Positions 49,196 through 54,052 of a DNA stretch of 54,052 nucleotides are shown here, in pieces. Under the pieces are notes generated by a model. That model searched no databases and had not been told where the DNA came from. It saw only the letters and a list, made by a program, of their open reading frames with translations. The position numbers and the translations under genes were made by a program. The stretch comes from Macrostomum lignano (Eukaryota): positions 1 to 54,052 of the forward strand of contig NIVC01004229.1 of the NCBI GenBank assembly GCA_002269645.1, read 5' to 3'. Positions within the stretch are counted from its first letter, which is position 1. Each line of letters opens with the position of its first letter.

Positions 49196-49489
49196 CATAC
49201 ATGCGCAACAGTCGGCCGAGTCGGCCGATCCGGCCGACCGATTTGGTGGTGAACCAAGGAAGTCGCAAAAATGCCCACCCAAAAAACCCAAGTAGTAGTA
49301 CTAAGTAGCTGACGAGGCATTTTGGCCTTATAAGACAGTCATAGTTACTCCTGCCGTTTACCCAAAGTTGCGTTAATTTTGCTTTAGGTTTTTTTACATG
49401 TAAGTCGCATTTTTGGCCAAAAACTATGTCGCATTTTTGTTAAAACTAAGTCGCATGGCCGACCGAATTTTGGAGGTTGCGCATGTATG
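49196..49489. mobile_element. hAT-type MITE, intact young copy, 294 bp
   Basis: Perfect 14-bp TIR CATACATGCGCAAC; perfect 8-bp TSD ACCTTGTA (49188-49195, 49490-49497); subterminal GGCCGA repeats; 18 CpGs by eye. Confidence 0.92.
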
Positions 49490-50975
49490 ACCTTGTAGCA
49501 AATGTCTTCTTGAGCCTTACAATGGTCTTTAAAAGTAATTGGCCTATTCAAGTGCTGTCCATAAACAATTGAACCCTTCAATTTCAGGGATGATGTAAAT
49601 TAATTCATTTTCAGTTTTGCATCCTTAGCTAGAGACTTATTCGCAAAGGATAAAGATTATAAAAGTTGGCTCTTTAGCTGTTGCCTATTCTGCTGAATGT
49701 CATACCAAATCATTTTGATATTCTCTTTTGCCATATTTTCCAAGAAAGAAAGTTTATCTAACTGGCTTGCAAGAGCACTCATTGTACACTGAAATTGAAG
49801 CACTAGCTGTGAAAAAGTAAATTTTAGACCCTCAGAGAATGCAATCTATTTTGTTAAAGCTTGCACTTCTTAAAACACATGCTGTTTGTATACACTGGCA
49901 GATATCTGAAAGATATGAATGTAAAGAAAGCTTCTAAAGAAAGTATGCAGTCTTGATATTTAAATCTTCTTAGTTCAGTTCTAGTTATAAAGCTATTCCT
50001 AATGAGCATATTGGTTTCTAACTTAGAAAGAAGCAGTATCCCCAAGAAAGCAATCAGTCTAAAATTTCTAGATAGCTCAATAGCAAGCTAAGCTGATAAA
50101 AATACCAAAAACAATTTACGAGCTATTTCTTATTAATCATATTGGTCTCTTTAACCATATTGATTTTCATATAGTTTAAGGCCCTATCTGATTGCCAAAA
50201 GGCATAGCTATTTTTGGCAATAATAAAACCATTATGCTAAAAAATACTAAGACTTATATGCTACTAGACTTGCTTAAACACCTAGTTGACATAGTGCATA
50301 TTAAGCTATTATATGTTACATTCAAGATTAGCAAACAATAAGTATCCAATATGACACTATTGCATGGTCAAGATATGAAAAAAACAGAAGAAAGTCCTAA
50401 CTGTTAGAAGTTAGGCTAGGACTTCAATTAGTCTATATTACTTATCTATTCAGTAATTGTAAATTTAAATTATTTTGTGTTCCTTAAATAAATGCAAAAT
50501 ATTGTAAGTAGCAGCACATTTGCATGTAAACTAGTTCAGTTCAGTAGTAAGTTAAACTGAAGCATTTTAATTTATTTTTAAAGCCAAGGCTCATTTATTG
50601 GCTCTTAACCCCCCAGCTTAAACCCTCCAAACGCGCCTTTCCACACTCCTCCGCCCGCCCCAATTTTTATTGCCTCTCGGAATTCCAGCCTAAAGCTGCC
50701 ATTTGCATTTCAGTGGACTGGCCAATGTACATTATTGCTGAACCAATTAGCAAGCTGTTAACGCCTGAAAGCTTGGGCTTCTAAACTTATCAAAGTCATT
50801 TCAAAAAAGCTTATGCATTCTTCATTGCTACTGAACTGAAAGTGGAAAGCTGTTTTGCTAAGCATATATGCCTGAGTGGCCTATCTAGTTATTTCAGTAT
50901 TTGAGGCCTAATCTTTATGATTCATTAAGCTTATTATGTATGCATAGAAACTGGACTCAATATTTGAACCTGCAG

Positions 50976-52817
50976 GAGTCTGCACAGCCCTCAAAGCGGA
51001 CCCGCGCCACGGCCATGTCCGTGTTCATGCGGGAATACCGCAACTCCAATCCCGCTCTGCGGTCGCTGCCGCACTCCAGCTCCCAGCTGATCGCCGAGGC
51101 CAACAGCGCCTTCAAGAGCCTCAGCCTGGAGCAGCGGCAGGTCTACGAGCGGAAAGCGAAGGCTGAGAACAAGAAGTTCGATCAGAAATTCGGCGACAAG
51201 TTTCGTCGCGACTGCGAGGGCTTCACGCTGGAGTCCCGCGCCAAAGCTTCTCAGGAGGCGGAGGCTTTCAGGCGGTGGAGCGAGGACCTGCTCAGGCAGA
51301 TGCTGTCGGATGCAGAGCTGCAGTGGCTGCTGGACCGGCCGTTTGTGGTCGGTGAGCTGTTCGACTTCGCGCCCGCAGATCCGCACGAGTCCCGCCAGAA
51401 CCTGCCTGCGGAGCTCGGCTTCGTGCGCTTCAGCCTGCGGTCTGGCGTCACCGACCGCCTGCACCACATCGTCAGCCTGACCTCCCAGCAGCTGCCGATG
51501 CACCTGCGATTCCAGTGCAAGGATCTGGCTGAGGAGACTCACGGAATCCACATCGACCATCAGCTGGGAGGCAGCGTCGCCGCCTTCGACCGCGAGCTTC
51601 GCCGGCTCTGCCAGGACGACTCGGGCCGCCCGCTGCCTCTGTTTGTGCCAGCAGACAGCCTGCAGCGAATGCAGCATGGCCTGATGTACATCTACGGCTC
51701 CAGCGCTGATCTCGGCACCTGCCCGCTGGTGATTGAGCCTTCGAAACCTTCCAAGTCTCGCGTGCTCAGTCTGGAGCCCCTCATGCGGCACCTGATGGCC
51801 TGCCCAGCCATGCCCGAGGACAAGAGGGCGTCCGTGCTGGACTTGCAGATGACCGCCTTGCTGCAAAAAGTCCGGTTCACAGGTGAGCTGCTCAAACTGC
51901 ACTACTCGCAGTAGTAAGCATGGCAATGATACTAGAAGCCCATAAACCCGCACTACTCGCAGTAGTAAGCAGGACAATAAAACTGGAAGCCCACATCCCG
52001 CAGGCTACAGCGAGTGCTGCCAGTTCCACACCGGCCAGGACAACACAGAGTTCTGCGCCCTGACCAGAGCTCACCGCTACGCCTGGGCGATCTTTGAGCT
52101 GCTGTACGACCGGCTAGGATTCGAACTCACGACCGCGCACAGGCCGTTAGACGAGCAGCTGGTGACGCCGCCTGCGCCTATCAGGCGGGAGGACCAGCCG
52201 CGGTGGCTGGAAAACTCTCGCTGGCAAAAGCGCGCTAACCCGTCGCCACCGCGGTCGGTTGCCATGGCAACGCAGCCTACTACTTCCGCAGCCCCGGCAA
52301 ACGCCTCAGCCAATGGCGCTGCTGCTGAAAATTTTCAAGCTTTTGGTCGGGGCCGGGGGCGCGGCGTTCGTCTGACTGAGCAGCCGCCGATGCCGATGCC
52401 GCCGCCTGCCGCGTCTGAAGATGCCGCCATTGAGTCCGATGGGAGGCCCGCCGGACGGCCCGCTGTCCTTGGTCGGGGTCGAGGCATTCGCTCTTCGGAG
52501 CCGCCGTTTGATAATGCCTCCCGCGGGTGGCGGTGCCGGCTCGCTTTGAAGATGCCGCCGGCGGGGTGGCGGTGCCGGCTCGCTTTGAAGATGCCGCCCG
52601 CGGGGTGGCGGCGCCGGCTCGCTTTGAAGATGCCGCTATCGACGCTGGCAGCAGCTTTCGCTCCTCTGAGCAGGCGGCCTTTGAAGATGCCGCACCGATG
52701 ACCCGCGCCTCGCCGGGACCCCCTCCGGGCCTGTCGTCTCCCGTTGGCGGCGCCGGCAGAGGTGGGGGCGCGGCCGGGGCCGGCATCGCGCAGACGGCGC
52801 GGCCCCAATTATTGTAG
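50976..52817 (+). CDS. mael: Maelstrom (piRNA pathway): HMG box, MAEL domain and low-complexity tail; exons 50976-51882 and 52004-~52817
   Basis: HMG-like TAMSVFMREYR...FKSLSLEQRQVYERKA; MAEL core LPAELGFVRFSLRSGV...HHIV...ETHGI; C-x2-H-x8-C (CQFHTGQDNTEFC) after the phase-1 intron AG|GTGAGC...CCGCAG|GC. Probable 1-nt deficit at 52525-52527; start codon not seen. Confidence 0.9.
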
Positions 52818-53094
52818 ATTAATGGTTGATAGCAATTATTTACTGAGCGACTGTTTGTTAAAATTGAAGCAGAGTTTGTTAAGCTTTATCTATTTTATAT
52901 ATTCAGCAAGCTCGCATTGTACCAAATTTTCGACCTTTTTACGAGTGGCATGATAATTGCAGATAAATTATCCGTGTTTATGAAATCTTGGTTATCAGAT
53001 GACTAGTTTTGCTTTTGTCTTGTTTTTACTTTTTAAAAGTTTTTTTTTCAAAAAGCATTCGTCAATTTTTGCGATAAATGTTTCATTGATTACA

Positions 53095-54052
53095 ATCCCA
53101 ACCCTCTGATTCAAGGTCAATCTCCACCCCTGATTTCAAGGTCAATCTCCACCCTCTGATTCAAGGTCAATCCCCACCCTCTGATTTCAAGGTCAATCTC
53201 CACCTCTGATTCAAGGTAAATCCCCACCCTTGATTTCAAGGTCAATCTCCACCCTCTGATTTCAAGGTCAATCTCCACCCTCTGATTTCAAGGTCAATCC
53301 CCACCCTCTGATTTCAAGGTCAATCCCCACCCTCTGATTTCAAGGTCAATCCACCTCTGATTTCAAGGTCAATCCCACCCTCTGATTTCAAGGTCAATCT
53401 CCCCCTCTGATTTCAGGTCAATCCCACCCCCTGATTTCAAGGTCAATCTCCACCCTCTGATTTCAAGGTCAATCCCCACCCTCTGATTTCTAGGTCAATC
53501 TCCACCCTCTTATTTCAAGGTCAATCTCCACCCTCTGATTTCAAGGTCAATCTCCACCCTCTGATTTCAAGGTCAATCTCCACCCTCTGATTTCAAGGTC
53601 AATCTCCACCCTCTGATTTCAAGGTCAATCCCCACCCTCTGATTTCAAGGTCAATCCTCCACCTCTGATTTCAAGGTCAATCCCACCCTCTGATTTCAAG
53701 GTCAATCTCCACCCTCTGATTTCAAGGTAAATCCCCACCCTTGATTTCAAGGTCAATCCCACCCTCTGATTTCAAGGTCAATCCCACCCTTTGATTTCAA
53801 GGTCAATCCCACCCTCTGATTTCAAGGTCAATCTCCACCCTCTGATTTCAAGGTAAATCCCCACCCTTTAATTCAAGGTCAATCCCCACCTCTGATTTCA
53901 AGGTCAATCTCCACCCTTGATTTCAGGTCAATCACACCTCTGATTCCAAGGTCAATCTCCACCTCTGATTTCAAGGTCAATCTCCACCCTTTAATTTCAA
54001 GGTCAATCTCCACCTTTAATTTCAAGGTCAATCCCAACCCTCTGATTTCAAG
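53095..54052. repeat. 26-bp minisatellite (CCACCCTCTGATTTCAAGGTCAATCT) x~37, truncated by the window end
   Basis: Read directly from the sequence. Confidence 0.95.

Overview
Eukaryotic (metazoan) genomic DNA, not a prokaryotic window. Spliced genes with GC-rich exons sit among transposon remnants and about 25 unrelated tandem arrays. The style suggests an invertebrate such as the flatworm Macrostomum (inference, not verified). Four genes are recognisable: the 5' half of beta-spectrin (- strand, 6 coding exons, running off the window start), a Lifeguard/TMBIM membrane protein (-), a divergent Rac/RhoG-like GTPase (+) and maelstrom (+, HMG box plus MAEL domain). Two further spliced gene candidates, not recovered as such by the ORF track, can be assembled from phase-compatible splice sites. 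Mobile DNA includes a hAT MITE family with 8-bp TSDs, a long-TIR mariner derivative, a foldback/MULE-like element with a 9-bp TSD, Gypsy integrase remnants, a LINE RT remnant and Tc1/mariner fossils. The strongest unexplained signal is a pair of sharply bounded, almost CpG-free, TpA-rich domains (about 12.5-15.35 kb and 47.8-50.6 kb). Transposons there carry C>T/G>A changes on both strands, many outside CpG (RIP-like), and MITE copies of different ages act as an internal clock. Second, nearly every intron holds its own private minisatellite, several built around strong transcription-factor consensus motifs. Indel-only frameshifts in spectrin and mael look like long-read assembly errors.
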